Sequence record: DRR378314_2518
Reading direction: 5' to 3' (one strand)
DNA length: 49,091 nucleotides
Shown here piece after piece: positions 30,413 through 42,697 of this stretch. The first letter of the stretch is position 1. The number at the start of each line of letters is the position of its first letter. The position numbers and the translations under genes were made by a program. The notes beneath the pieces are model-generated. The model was not told where the DNA came from and ran no database searches. It worked only from the letters and a program-made list of their open reading frames with translations.

Positions 30413-31791
30413 GAAGTTAACACCGGCAGTATGCGTGACACTTTGTCTTTGGTTTCCTGATATTCATCCGCTGCTGTTGAGTCAGCGACCAGACCACCAC
30501 CGGCCCAGCAATATAAGTGATCATTTTCGGCGAGCAGTGTACGAATGGTGATGCTGGTGTCGCTACGACCGTGCTGAGAAAAGTAGCCCATACTGCCACA
30601 GTAGATACTACGGCGATGGGGCTCCAGCTCTTCAATAATTTGCATGGCCCGAATTTTCGGTGCGCCAGTAATAGAACCGCCCGGGAAAGCGCCGTTAAAC
30701 AAACTTAATGCGGTACGGTCGGGTTGCAGTTTGCCAATAACTGTCGATACCAGGTGGTGAACCGCCGGAAAACTCTCTATGGCAAACAGGCTTGGCGTTT
30801 TGATGCTGCCCGGCTTACAGTTTTTACTGAGGTCATTACGCAGCAAATCCACAATCATCAGGTTTTCTGCTCGATCCTTTTCTGAGGTTAACAGAGCCTG
30901 CTGACTAGCCTGATCTTTAAGCGAATTTTCAAACCGCGGACGCGTGCCTTTAATGGGTTTTGTTTCTACCAGTCCCTTGGCGTCGGTTAGCAGAAAGCGT
31001 TCCGGCGACAGGCTCAGAATAGCGCTGCCGGGAAGGCGCATAAAGGCAGAAAACGGTGCTGAATTCGCTTGTCGTAATTTAAGGTAAGCGGACCATTCAC
31101 TGCCTTGATAACGGGCTGAATACCTTTGCGCTAAATTAATTTGGTAGGCATCTCCGGCCAGCAGGTAGTTTTGCACGGCCTTAAATTTCTCGGTGTACTG
31201 CTGCTCGCTCATATTGCTTTGCCAGTCGCTTAGCAATTGAAAAGCGTCGGGCTTTTTTGTTGCTACTGGCTGTTCCCAGAATTCTCGAAGCTCTTCTGAC
31301 CCTTCTATTGGTGCAACTAACCAGATCGCGTTGCTCTGCCTATCGATAATCAACGCCTGGCTGTAGTAGGCCAGTACTGCATCGGGAGACTGATAGATGT
31401 CTGCATTAAACTCAGGTATGACTTCCAGCGAACGGCCATGGTCATAGCCGACAGCCCCGGCAAACCCGCCCTGAAAAGGCAGTTCAGCAGGCCCCGAATA
31501 ATGACCTGATAACTGATTCAATTGCCCGGCATAACGGCAAAGCTCGGCTGCGTCTTCGGGGGCTGGCGGTAGTTCTAAAGGAGCGTCTGTTGATACATTT
31601 AACTTGCCTGCTTTGCAGTTTAAAATCAGTTCTGGCTGTCGGAAGATAATATCGTAGGCACAGTTCTGGTGGCTTTGCGCGGCAGAGTCCAGTAATAGAG
31701 CGTAGCTTTCATGCTGACAACGCTGAAATAACTCAATAGCTGAGGCTTCGCAATCAAGTTTTATCGCACAGAGATCCGGGAAAACACTCAC
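30409..31791 (-). CDS. pabB: Aminodeoxychorismate synthase component I
   Basis: LLDS, GDAYQINL, SPERFL, PIKGTRPR, KDRAENLMIVDLLRND, FPGGSITGAPK. Confidence 0.95.
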   Translation of the reverse strand: MSVFPDLCAIKLDCEASAIELFQRCQHESYALLLDSAAQSHQNCAYDIIFRQPELILNCKAGKLNVSTDAPLELPPAPEDAAELCRYAGQLNQLSGHYSGPAELPFQGGFAGAVGYDHGRSLEVIPEFNADIYQSPDAVLAYYSQALIIDRQSNAIWLVAPIEGSEELREFWEQPVATKKPDAFQLLSDWQSNMSEQQYTEKFKAVQNYLLAGDAYQINLAQRYSARYQGSEWSAYLKLRQANSAPFSAFMRLPGSAILSLSPERFLLTDAKGLVETKPIKGTRPRFENSLKDQASQQALLTSEKDRAENLMIVDLLRNDLSKNCKPGSIKTPSLFAIESFPAVHHLVSTVIGKLQPDRTALSLFNGAFPGGSITGAPKIRAMQIIEELEPHRRSIYCGSMGYFSQHGRSDTSITIRTLLAENDHLYCWAGGGLVADSTAADEYQETKDKVSRILPVLTS

Positions 31792-31928
31792 ATCATGCTC
31801 GCAATTCAGGCTGGTTATTCATTACCAATATACTATCACAGCAAATATTCGCCGGTCAGTGGCACTGGTCAGTTGTTAGCGAAAACGCTATTATAGCGCC
31901 ACGCAAAAGTTAACCAAGAGGCAGTTCC

Positions 31929-33452
31929 ATGACCACCATTCGTCAGGCCGATTTTATTGACAGTATTGCCGATGCGTTGCAGTACATTTCTTATTATCAC
32001 CCACTGGACTTTATTAAAGCACTGGACGAGGCATACCAGCGTGAAGAGAGCGAAGCGGCGAAAAACGCCATTGCTCAGGTGCTGACTAACTCGCGTATGT
32101 CTGCGCAAGGGCACCGTCCAATTTGCCAGGACACCGGTATTGTCACCTGCTTTGTGAAAGTGGGCATGGGCGTGCAATGGGATAAAACCGACCTGACCGT
32201 TCAGCAAATGGTGGATGAAGGTACTCGTCGAGCCTACAACAACCCGGACAACCCACTGCGTGCTTCTATTGTGGCTGACCCGGCGGGCGCTCGTAAAAAC
32301 ACTGGCGATAACACGCCAGCTGTGGTGCATATTGATATGGTGGCGGGCAATGAAATTGAAGTGATGATTGCCGCTAAAGGTGGTGGTTCTGAGAATAAAT
32401 CGAAAATGGCCATGTTAAACCCCAGCGATTCGATTGCCGATTGGGTTGTTGAAACCTTGCCGAAGATGGGCGCTGGCTGGTGTCCGCCGGGTATGCTGGG
32501 TATAGGTATTGGTGGTACAGCGGAAAAGTCTGCGGTATTGGCAAAAGAATCTTTAATGGAGTCTGTCGATATCCATGAGCTTATTGAGCGCGGCCCGCAG
32601 AATGCCGAAGAAGAGCTGCGTTTAGAAATTTTCAACCGCGTTAACGCATTAGGTATTGGTGCTCAGGGTTTGGGAGGTTTAACAACGGTGCTGGATGTGA
32701 AGATTAAGTCACTACCAACCCACGCAGCCTCTAAGCCTGTCACTTTAATTCCGAACTGTGCAGCCACCCGTCACGTTCACTTTACGTTAGACGGCAGCGG
32801 AGCAGCAGATTTAACCCCGCCGAAACTGGAAGATTGGCCGGATGTGACTTTTGAACTGGGTGATGATGCCCGCCGTGTGAACCTGGATGAAGTGACCAAA
32901 GAAGACATTCAGGACTGGAAAATGGGTGAAACCGTGCTCTTGTCCGGTAAGTTGCTGACCGGTCGTGATGCGGCGCACAAACGCATTAAAGGTATGCTGG
33001 ATAACGGTGAAGAGCTGCCAGTTGATTTCAACAACCGCTTTATTTACTACGTAGGGCCGGTAGATCCTGTGGGTGATGAAGTTGTTGGTCCGGCAGGTCC
33101 TACAACCTCTACGCGTATGGATAAATTCACTGACCAAATGTTGGAAGAAGCCGGTATTATTGGCATGGTCGGTAAAGCAGAGCGTGGACCTGAAGCGGTG
33201 GAAAGTATTCGTAAGCACAAAGCGGTTTACCTGATGGCCGTCGGCGGTGCCGCGTATCTGGTCGCTAAAGCTATTAAAAAATCCCGGGTTGTGGCTTTTG
33301 AAGACTTGGGTATGGAAGCCATATACGAATTTGAAGTGGAAGACATGCCGGTAACTGTGGCTGTGGATAGCGACGGTCAAAACGCGCATACCCAAGGGCC
33401 TGCTATCTGGAAAGCGAAAATTGCTGACCTCAATGAAAAATTAGGAGCTTAA
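31929..33452 (+). CDS. Fumarate hydratase class I (Fe-S)
   Basis: PICQDTG, AKGGGSEN, AGWCPP, NCAATRH, GRDAAH, GPTTSTRM. Confidence 0.94.
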   Translation: MTTIRQADFIDSIADALQYISYYHPLDFIKALDEAYQREESEAAKNAIAQVLTNSRMSAQGHRPICQDTGIVTCFVKVGMGVQWDKTDLTVQQMVDEGTRRAYNNPDNPLRASIVADPAGARKNTGDNTPAVVHIDMVAGNEIEVMIAAKGGGSENKSKMAMLNPSDSIADWVVETLPKMGAGWCPPGMLGIGIGGTAEKSAVLAKESLMESVDIHELIERGPQNAEEELRLEIFNRVNALGIGAQGLGGLTTVLDVKIKSLPTHAASKPVTLIPNCAATRHVHFTLDGSGAADLTPPKLEDWPDVTFELGDDARRVNLDEVTKEDIQDWKMGETVLLSGKLLTGRDAAHKRIKGMLDNGEELPVDFNNRFIYYVGPVDPVGDEVVGPAGPTTSTRMDKFTDQMLEEAGIIGMVGKAERGPEAVESIRKHKAVYLMAVGGAAYLVAKAIKKSRVVAFEDLGMEAIYEFEVEDMPVTVAVDSDGQNAHTQGPAIWKAKIADLNEKLGA

Positions 33453-34795
33453 TGATGTCGCTGGCACTGTGGCAATGGATGGCAATAATTGGAGTGCCGG
33501 TTGTGACTGTCATTACGGCGTTGTTGTTGCTTTGGCAACAGCAGCGCCGTTTGCGTTTACAGGCAGAACAACAAAATGCGGCACTGGAGCAAGACGCGGA
33601 CATTCTTCGTGAGCGCGTCGATGAACTTCAGCATGAGGTGTATGAAAAAGACAGCCGTCTGCGTGAAACTCTGGCTAGATCTGAGCATGAGCAGAAAACC
33701 GCAGAAGAAAAGCTGAACCTACTGAAGGTTAGCGAAGAACGGCTGACCCAGCAGTTTGAAAATTTAGCCAACCGTATTTTTGATGAGAAGTCCAAAGGGC
33801 TGCAGCAACATCATCAGCAGTCCTTGCAGGCTACGCTGGAGCCTTTCAAACAACAAATTGATGCGTTTAAAAAGCAAATTACTCAGCAGTATACCGATGA
33901 GACCAAAGAGCGCTCGGCACTTAAAAATGAAGTGATGTCGCTTAAGGACTTAAATCGCCAAATGGCGTCTGAAGCTGAAGCCTTAACCCGGGCATTAAAA
34001 GGTGACACCAAGCAGCAAGGTAACTGGGGCGAAGTGGTACTGGAGCGTATTCTGGAGCAGTCCGGGTTACGTGAAGGGCACGAGTATCAGACACAGGAGC
34101 ATCACCGCGATGAAGACGGTAAGTCGTTCAAGCCGGATGTGATTGTGCATTTGCCGAATAAAAAAGACGTGATTATCGACTCGAAAGTCAGTTTGTCGGC
34201 CTACGAGCGGTACTTCAACTCTGATGACGATACAGAACGTGAACGGGCGTTAAATGAGCACGTTCAGTCGCTGAAGCAACACATAAAACAGTTGGGTAAA
34301 AAGAGCTACCATCAACTGGAAGGGTTGCGTACGCTGGATTATGTATTGATGTTTATTCCGATTGAGCCGGCATTTTTGCTGGCGGTTGACCGTGACCCTG
34401 AATTGATTCGGCTGGCGCTGGACAACCAAATTATGCTGGTAAGTCCTACTAATTTACTGGTTGCGCTGCGTACTGTTCATAATATCTGGCAGTACGAGTA
34501 TCAGAATCAGAACGCGGAAAAAATTGCGACCGATGCTGCACGTTTGTACGACAAGTTTGTGGGTTTTGTAGAAGACTTAGAAAAAATTGGTAACGGCTTA
34601 CAAACTTTGGATAACCGTTATCAGGAGGCTATGAAGAAGCTGAGTACGGGGCGCGGTAACCTCATTGGTCGTGTCGATAAGTTCCGCCAGATGGGGGTGC
34701 AAACCAATAAGCGGTTAAATCCCGATTACCTTGATTCGGACGAAACCTCTTCGGAAGGTATTGAATCTGATGATGCTAATAAGAAAAACGACTGA
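33452..34795 (+). CDS. rmuC: DNA recombination protein RmuC
   Basis: N-terminal TM plus coiled coil; QGNWGEVVLERILE, PDVIVHLP, IIDSKVSL, SPTNLL, GRGNL. Confidence 0.94.
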   Translation: MMSLALWQWMAIIGVPVVTVITALLLLWQQQRRLRLQAEQQNAALEQDADILRERVDELQHEVYEKDSRLRETLARSEHEQKTAEEKLNLLKVSEERLTQQFENLANRIFDEKSKGLQQHHQQSLQATLEPFKQQIDAFKKQITQQYTDETKERSALKNEVMSLKDLNRQMASEAEALTRALKGDTKQQGNWGEVVLERILEQSGLREGHEYQTQEHHRDEDGKSFKPDVIVHLPNKKDVIIDSKVSLSAYERYFNSDDDTERERALNEHVQSLKQHIKQLGKKSYHQLEGLRTLDYVLMFIPIEPAFLLAVDRDPELIRLALDNQIMLVSPTNLLVALRTVHNIWQYEYQNQNAEKIATDAARLYDKFVGFVEDLEKIGNGLQTLDNRYQEAMKKLSTGRGNLIGRVDKFRQMGVQTNKRLNPDYLDSDETSSEGIESDDANKKND

Positions 34796-34819
34796 GCCAA
34801 TGCGCAGTCGTTTACTTTT
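34784..34819. terminator. Probable bidirectional terminator overlapping the rmuC stop
   Basis: AAACGACTG...CAGTCGTTT 9-bp stem between convergent rmuC and cysZ, flanked by A and T runs. Confidence 0.6.
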
Positions 34820-34820
34820 A

Positions 34821-35561
34821 TTAACTTAATGCGCTACGGCGATAATGATCAACCCATAGTGAGGTTGCTCCACAAACCGCCAGCGGCATAATAATCAGGT
34901 TAATCAGCGGTATCATTGTCAGTACCGTCACCCCGAAACCAAAACCGAGCGTTTTACTGCGCTGTCGGTGTAATTCAGAACGCATGCGCGGAAACGATAG
35001 TTTGTGATTATCGAACGGGTAATCCAGGTATTGTATTGACATCATCCAGCAAACAAAGACATACCAAAGAGCTTGCCCAATAACCGGAATAACGAGTGAT
35101 AATAAAAAGAAACCGAGCGCCCGCGGAATGTAGTACATAAGTTTTTGCATTTCACGTTTAAGCGTACGCGGAATATCTTTAAATAGCCCAAGGAAACCCT
35201 CGTCGCCTAAGCTCTCGCCACTTTCATAGCGTTCTACTTTCTCTGCCAGAAGGCCGTTAAAAGGAGCCGCAATTAAATGCATGATGGTACTAAAAATAAA
35301 CGAGAAGAGCGCAATAATGGTAATAACCGCCAGTGGCCATAAAATAAACTCCAGCCATTGGAAAAAGTCGGGCAGCCAGCTCATAAAGCGGTTCAGCCAA
35401 TAGTCGACTTCGCCATACAACCAGGTGAAAGCAAGTGAGAACAGGATAAGATTGGTTAGAATAGGCACCACAACATAGCGGCGCAAACCTTTGGTTCGAA
35501 TAAGCTCTAAACCGCGTCCTATGTAAGCTAATCCCGAGTTGCTATAGGCTGCTTTTTGCAT
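34821..35561 (-). CDS. cysZ: Sulfate transporter CysZ
   Basis: GLRRYVVVP, IAAPFNGLLAEKVE, IQYLDYPFDNH, PLAVCGAT; usual neighbour of zipA-ligA. Confidence 0.93.
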   Translation of the reverse strand: MQKAAYSNSGLAYIGRGLELIRTKGLRRYVVVPILTNLILFSLAFTWLYGEVDYWLNRFMSWLPDFFQWLEFILWPLAVITIIALFSFIFSTIMHLIAAPFNGLLAEKVERYESGESLGDEGFLGLFKDIPRTLKREMQKLMYYIPRALGFFLLSLVIPVIGQALWYVFVCWMMSIQYLDYPFDNHKLSFPRMRSELHRQRSKTLGFGFGVTVLTMIPLINLIIMPLAVCGATSLWVDHYRRSALS

Positions 35562-35706
35562 GAAAACTCCAGAGGTTTTAATTTGCTAAGTATAATAAGG
35601 CAATACAATGGCAATGTGCGGGCTAAATTGTTACAAATGGCTACCGGATCTGCTAGAGTCTTGTGATAATAAACCGCCGTATTAAATTGATAATAAAAAC
35701 AACTGA

Positions 35707-38700
35707 ATGCGCCTAAAACACATCAAATTAGTTGGCTTTAAATCCTTTGTGGATCCAACCAAAGTTCCTTTCCCTGACCAAATGACCTGTGTCGTCGGTC
35801 CGAACGGCTGTGGTAAATCCAATGTGATTGATGCCGTGCGCTGGGTGCTGGGTGAAAGTTCAGCCAAAAACCTGCGTGGCGATGCCATGAGCGACGTAAT
35901 TTTTAATGGCTCCAGTGCCCGAAAACCGGTTTCTCAGGCCAGTGTTGAACTGGTGTTTGATAACAGCTCCGGACGTATTCAGGGTGAGTATGCTGCATTT
36001 AATGAAATTTCGGTTAAGCGTCTGGTAACCCGTGATGGGCAGTCGAACTATTTTTTGAACGGCAGTCGTTGCCGTCGCCGTGATATTACCGACTTATTTT
36101 TGGGAACCGGACTGGGTCCGCGTAGCTATGCCATTATCGAACAAGGTATGATTTCCCGTCTGATTGAATCGCGCCCGCAGGAGCTGCGCGTTTTTATCGA
36201 AGAAGCAGCGGGCATTTCAAAATACAAAGAGCGCCGTAAAGAAACCGAAAACAGGATGCTGCATACGCGCGAGAACCTTGAGCGCTTGAGTGACGTTCGC
36301 GAAGAGCTGGGTCAACAGTTGGAGAAGCTGGAGCGTCAGGCCGCGGCGGCTATTCGTTATAAAGAATTGAAAGCCAGTGAGCGTAAATTTAAAGGCGAGC
36401 TGCAGGCCCTACGCTGGCTGAAATTGGATAATCAACGACAGCAGCTGCAAGCGCAGTATGCAGAACAGCAAACCGAGCTTGAGCGTTGGCAGGCACAGCA
36501 AAGTGGTGATGAGCGCGGTGCCATTGAACTGAAAGAGCAGGCTGAAGAAGCACGCGACCGGGTTGAGCAGTCGCAGGAAAAGATGTTCTCAGTGGGTAAT
36601 GAAATTACTCGTATTGAGCAAACTCTGAAACATCAGCAAGAGTTAAAAGAGCAACGTAACCAGCGGCAACAGCAGTTGAATGAGGAAATTGCTCAGTTAG
36701 ATGAGCAACTGACGGATGACCGCCTGCAAAGAGAGCAACTGGAAGAGCAGCAGCTGATGCTGGAGCCGCAGCTGGAGCAGGTTGAAGAACAACTTGAAAG
36801 TGTGGCTGAACAGTTCCAGCAAGCTAATGAGAAATGGCGGCAGTGGCAGCAACAACAAAGACAGCAGCAACAGCAGCAGCGCGATGTCGAAAAACAGCAA
36901 CAGCAGGCGCAACTTAAACTGCAGCAGCTGAAACAGAGCCAACAATATGCGTTGCAACAAGTGGAGCAATTTCACAGCCAGCAACAAGAGTTGCAGCAAC
37001 AGGAACAAGCATTATCTGTTGACGAGAACGAACAGGCCCTGGTCGAACTAAAACGTCAGCTGGAGCAGGAAGAAACTCGGTATCAGCACAGTAAGCAGCA
37101 ACTGCAGGCTCTGCAGCAAGCGTTTAAAGAACAGCAGCAACAGCACCGACAGAATCAGCAGCAACAAGATAAAGCTCAGGCTCAGTTAACCGCCATTGAG
37201 CAACTGTTGGAAGGGAAGCAAAATAACGACAGCCGCAGTGAAAAATGGTTACAGCAAAACTATCCAGACAGCTTGAAGGTAAGAGAGTTACTGCAGGCTG
37301 AAAGTGGCTGGGAAATGGCGGTTGAGCAGCTGGCTTACGACTGGCTGGATGCCGTGGTTCTGGAACAAGCTCCGGAAGAATTGAAAGCGGTTTCTGGGGT
37401 GAAGCTGGTGTGGCCTGTGAGTGGACAAGAGCCTGAAAACTGGTCTCTGGCCAGTAAGGTTAAAGGTCTGTTACGTTATTGGGCGCCGTTGCAGCAGTGT
37501 CTGGCGATTGAACAGGATGCTGATGCGAAGCAGCAGTTACAACAAAGCAATGCCAGTTTTGCGGTATCAAAAACCGGCAATTGGTATTGGCAGGACGGTT
37601 TTATCGCGGCTCGAGTTGACGAAGATAACAGTGTTCTTCATCTGCAGACACAGCGCCAAAATTTACTCGAACAATTGGAGTCGCTGGCAGCCAGGTTGTC
37701 TGAAAGTGAAGTGCAGCTGGAACAGACTCAGACGAAGGTTGAGCAGGCTCAAGAGCAGCTGGAGCAGGTTCAGGAGCAGGTTCAGCAGACTCGTAACCAG
37801 CAGGGTAAAGTCGAAGAGCGATTGCAGTGGAATATGCAGCAGGCTGAGCAAATACAGCAGCAATTAGCGAACGTGCAAGATAAGCAGCAAGAGCAACAAC
37901 TGCATGCTGAAAACGCCGCAGAGCAGCAACAGCAAATTGAAATGCAGCTGGAAGAGTTTGAATCGATGCTGGAACAAACTGAGCAGGTTGATGAAGACTT
38001 TGGCGAACAATTGGAATCTAAAGTTCGTGCCGAAGATGAACAGTTGCAGCAACTGCGCAGTCAACAGCAACAGATGACACTGCAACAGCAGAATTTACAG
38101 GCTCAGGCCGCGCAGTTGCAGAAGTTACTGCAACGCAGTGAACAACGCTACCAGCAACTTTTGCAGGAACGAAGTGAGCAGCAGACTGCAGACACGGATG
38201 AAAATGAAAGTGCACTCGATGAACAGTTAACCGAGCTGCTGGATAAGCGTGGTGAAGTTGCGGAACAATTGCAGGAACAACGTCAGCAATTGTCGCGGTT
38301 AGAGCACGATTTGCAACAAATAACTCAGGGACAATCTGCAATTCAGGTCAAAATAGGCCAGGCCAAAGAGGCTATGCAAAGTACTGAAATTGAGCAGGTT
38401 AAGCTTCAGGAACGCAGTCAGGCCGTACTGGAAACGCTGGCTGAAACAGGCCTTACATTGAAAAACATACTGGAAGAGCTCTCTTCCGACGCTGATGAAA
38501 AGCAGTGGCAGCAAGAGCTGGAGTCAATACAAAATAAAATAAAACGCTTAGGCGCTATTAACCTGGCGGCAATTGATGAAGCCGAAGCGCAAAGAGAACG
38601 TAAACAGTACCTCGACCAGCAAGTGGATGATCTATCATCGGCGCTAGACACTTTAGAAGCGGCGATTCGTAAGATTGATAAGGAAACGCGACATCGGTTT

Positions 38701-39165
38701 AAAACCACTTTTGATGCGATAAACCATGATTTACAAATTCTGTTTCCGAAAGTTTTTGGTGGTGGCAGTGCCACGCTCGAACTTACCGATGATGACTTAC
38801 TGGAAACCGGGGTTACCATCATGGCAAGGCCACCGGGCAAGAAAAACAGTACAATTCATTTGCTTAGCGGTGGAGAAAAGGCACTGACCGCATTATCATT
38901 GGTATTCGCGATATTTCGCTTGAATCCGGCACCTTTTTGCCTGTTAGATGAGGTTGATGCGCCATTAGATGATGCCAACGTAGGACGTTTCTGCCGTCTG
39001 GTGAGTGAAATGTCGGAATCGGTGCAATTTATTTATATAAGTCACAATAAAGTGGCAATGGAAATGGCTACCCATCTGGCAGGGGTAACAATGCAGGAAG
39101 CGGGCGTTTCGAGATTGGTAGCGGTTGATGTTGAACAGGCTGTGGCGATGACAGACGCCGGATAA
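35707..39165 (+). CDS. smc: Chromosome segregation protein SMC
   Basis: GFKSF, Walker A GPNGCGKSN, long coiled coils, signature LSGGEK, Walker B LLDEVDAPLD. Confidence 0.96.
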   Translation: MRLKHIKLVGFKSFVDPTKVPFPDQMTCVVGPNGCGKSNVIDAVRWVLGESSAKNLRGDAMSDVIFNGSSARKPVSQASVELVFDNSSGRIQGEYAAFNEISVKRLVTRDGQSNYFLNGSRCRRRDITDLFLGTGLGPRSYAIIEQGMISRLIESRPQELRVFIEEAAGISKYKERRKETENRMLHTRENLERLSDVREELGQQLEKLERQAAAAIRYKELKASERKFKGELQALRWLKLDNQRQQLQAQYAEQQTELERWQAQQSGDERGAIELKEQAEEARDRVEQSQEKMFSVGNEITRIEQTLKHQQELKEQRNQRQQQLNEEIAQLDEQLTDDRLQREQLEEQQLMLEPQLEQVEEQLESVAEQFQQANEKWRQWQQQQRQQQQQQRDVEKQQQQAQLKLQQLKQSQQYALQQVEQFHSQQQELQQQEQALSVDENEQALVELKRQLEQEETRYQHSKQQLQALQQAFKEQQQQHRQNQQQQDKAQAQLTAIEQLLEGKQNNDSRSEKWLQQNYPDSLKVRELLQAESGWEMAVEQLAYDWLDAVVLEQAPEELKAVSGVKLVWPVSGQEPENWSLASKVKGLLRYWAPLQQCLAIEQDADAKQQLQQSNASFAVSKTGNWYWQDGFIAARVDEDNSVLHLQTQRQNLLEQLESLAARLSESEVQLEQTQTKVEQAQEQLEQVQEQVQQTRNQQGKVEERLQWNMQQAEQIQQQLANVQDKQQEQQLHAENAAEQQQQIEMQLEEFESMLEQTEQVDEDFGEQLESKVRAEDEQLQQLRSQQQQMTLQQQNLQAQAAQLQKLLQRSEQRYQQLLQERSEQQTADTDENESALDEQLTELLDKRGEVAEQLQEQRQQLSRLEHDLQQITQGQSAIQVKIGQAKEAMQSTEIEQVKLQERSQAVLETLAETGLTLKNILEELSSDADEKQWQQELESIQNKIKRLGAINLAAIDEAEAQRERKQYLDQQVDDLSSALDTLEAAIRKIDKETRHRFKTTFDAINHDLQILFPKVFGGGSATLELTDDDLLETGVTIMARPPGKKNSTIHLLSGGEKALTALSLVFAIFRLNPAPFCLLDEVDAPLDDANVGRFCRLVSEMSESVQFIYISHNKVAMEMATHLAGVTMQEAGVSRLVAVDVEQAVAMTDAG

Positions 39166-39189
39166 CAAAATAAGCTTGATGGAGCAAAA

Positions 39190-40161
39190 ATGGGCAGTTT
39201 ACAAATAACCCTCAGTATTCTTGGGATCCTGGCAATCGCAGGTATTGTTGCGCATGGCGTATGGAAGATACGTAAAGGTAACCAGCAACAACGGCAGCGT
39301 GAACAACGGGTTGCAGAAAATCGTCAGCAGCAATCGTCCGGTTTTGATGACGACGGCATTGGCGAAGTTCGGATTTTAAAGAAAGAGACTTCAGATGACG
39401 GCTTTAACCATGACCAAGCCGTTGAAGCAAAAGCAAAAACATCGTCGCACAGTAATGTGAGAACACAGGACAATGATGCCGAGGCTGTCGAGCAAATGTC
39501 GATGGACCTTAGCAATGATGACGATATGTCTGACTCATTACCCTCTATGCGTGTCAGCAATGATGAAACGGTTGAAGTAGAGCAAACTGAGCTTAAGTTT
39601 GATGGGGATGTTCCTTCAGAGCCTGATGACTCTTATAAAAGTGCCGCCGAACAGAGCTCTTTGCAAGAGTCGGAGCAGGAGCTTGAGCAAGAACCTGAAC
39701 CTGAAACAGAAGTCAGTGCAGATACGACTGATGATTTTGAATCGGCTCCGGAAGAAGTTATTGCGTTACATGTTAAAGGGCCGGTACAGGGCGCAGTGTT
39801 GTTGCAAATGATGACCGAGCTGGGCTGTAAATTTGGCGAACTGGGTATTTTCCACCGCTATGAAAACACCGCAGGCACCGGCCCCATGATTTTTAGTGTT
39901 GCCAACATGTTCAACCCCGGCACGTTTGACCTGGATAACATGGAAAACTTTGAAACCGAAGGCGTCGCGTTTTTTATGGCCTTACCCATGAAGTTTGACG
40001 GTCAGCAGGCCTTTAATATGATGTTGAATGCGGCTAAAAAGCTCGCTACCGAAATTCCTCAGGGGCAGGTTTTGGATGGCCAGCGCCAATTATTGACCCG
40101 CCAGTCTATTCACGAAGCACGCCAGCGTATTCGTGAATTTGAACGTAAACACTCAGCTTAA
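39190..40161 (+). CDS. zipA: Cell division protein ZipA
   Basis: N-terminal TM ending HGVW, DDDGIGEVR, acidic linker, IFHR...FSVANMFNPGTFD C-terminal domain. Confidence 0.92.
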   Translation: MGSLQITLSILGILAIAGIVAHGVWKIRKGNQQQRQREQRVAENRQQQSSGFDDDGIGEVRILKKETSDDGFNHDQAVEAKAKTSSHSNVRTQDNDAEAVEQMSMDLSNDDDMSDSLPSMRVSNDETVEVEQTELKFDGDVPSEPDDSYKSAAEQSSLQESEQELEQEPEPETEVSADTTDDFESAPEEVIALHVKGPVQGAVLLQMMTELGCKFGELGIFHRYENTAGTGPMIFSVANMFNPGTFDLDNMENFETEGVAFFMALPMKFDGQQAFNMMLNAAKKLATEIPQGQVLDGQRQLLTRQSIHEARQRIREFERKHSA

Positions 40162-42689
<2,528 letters not shown>

Positions 42690-42697
42690 AGGTTGCC

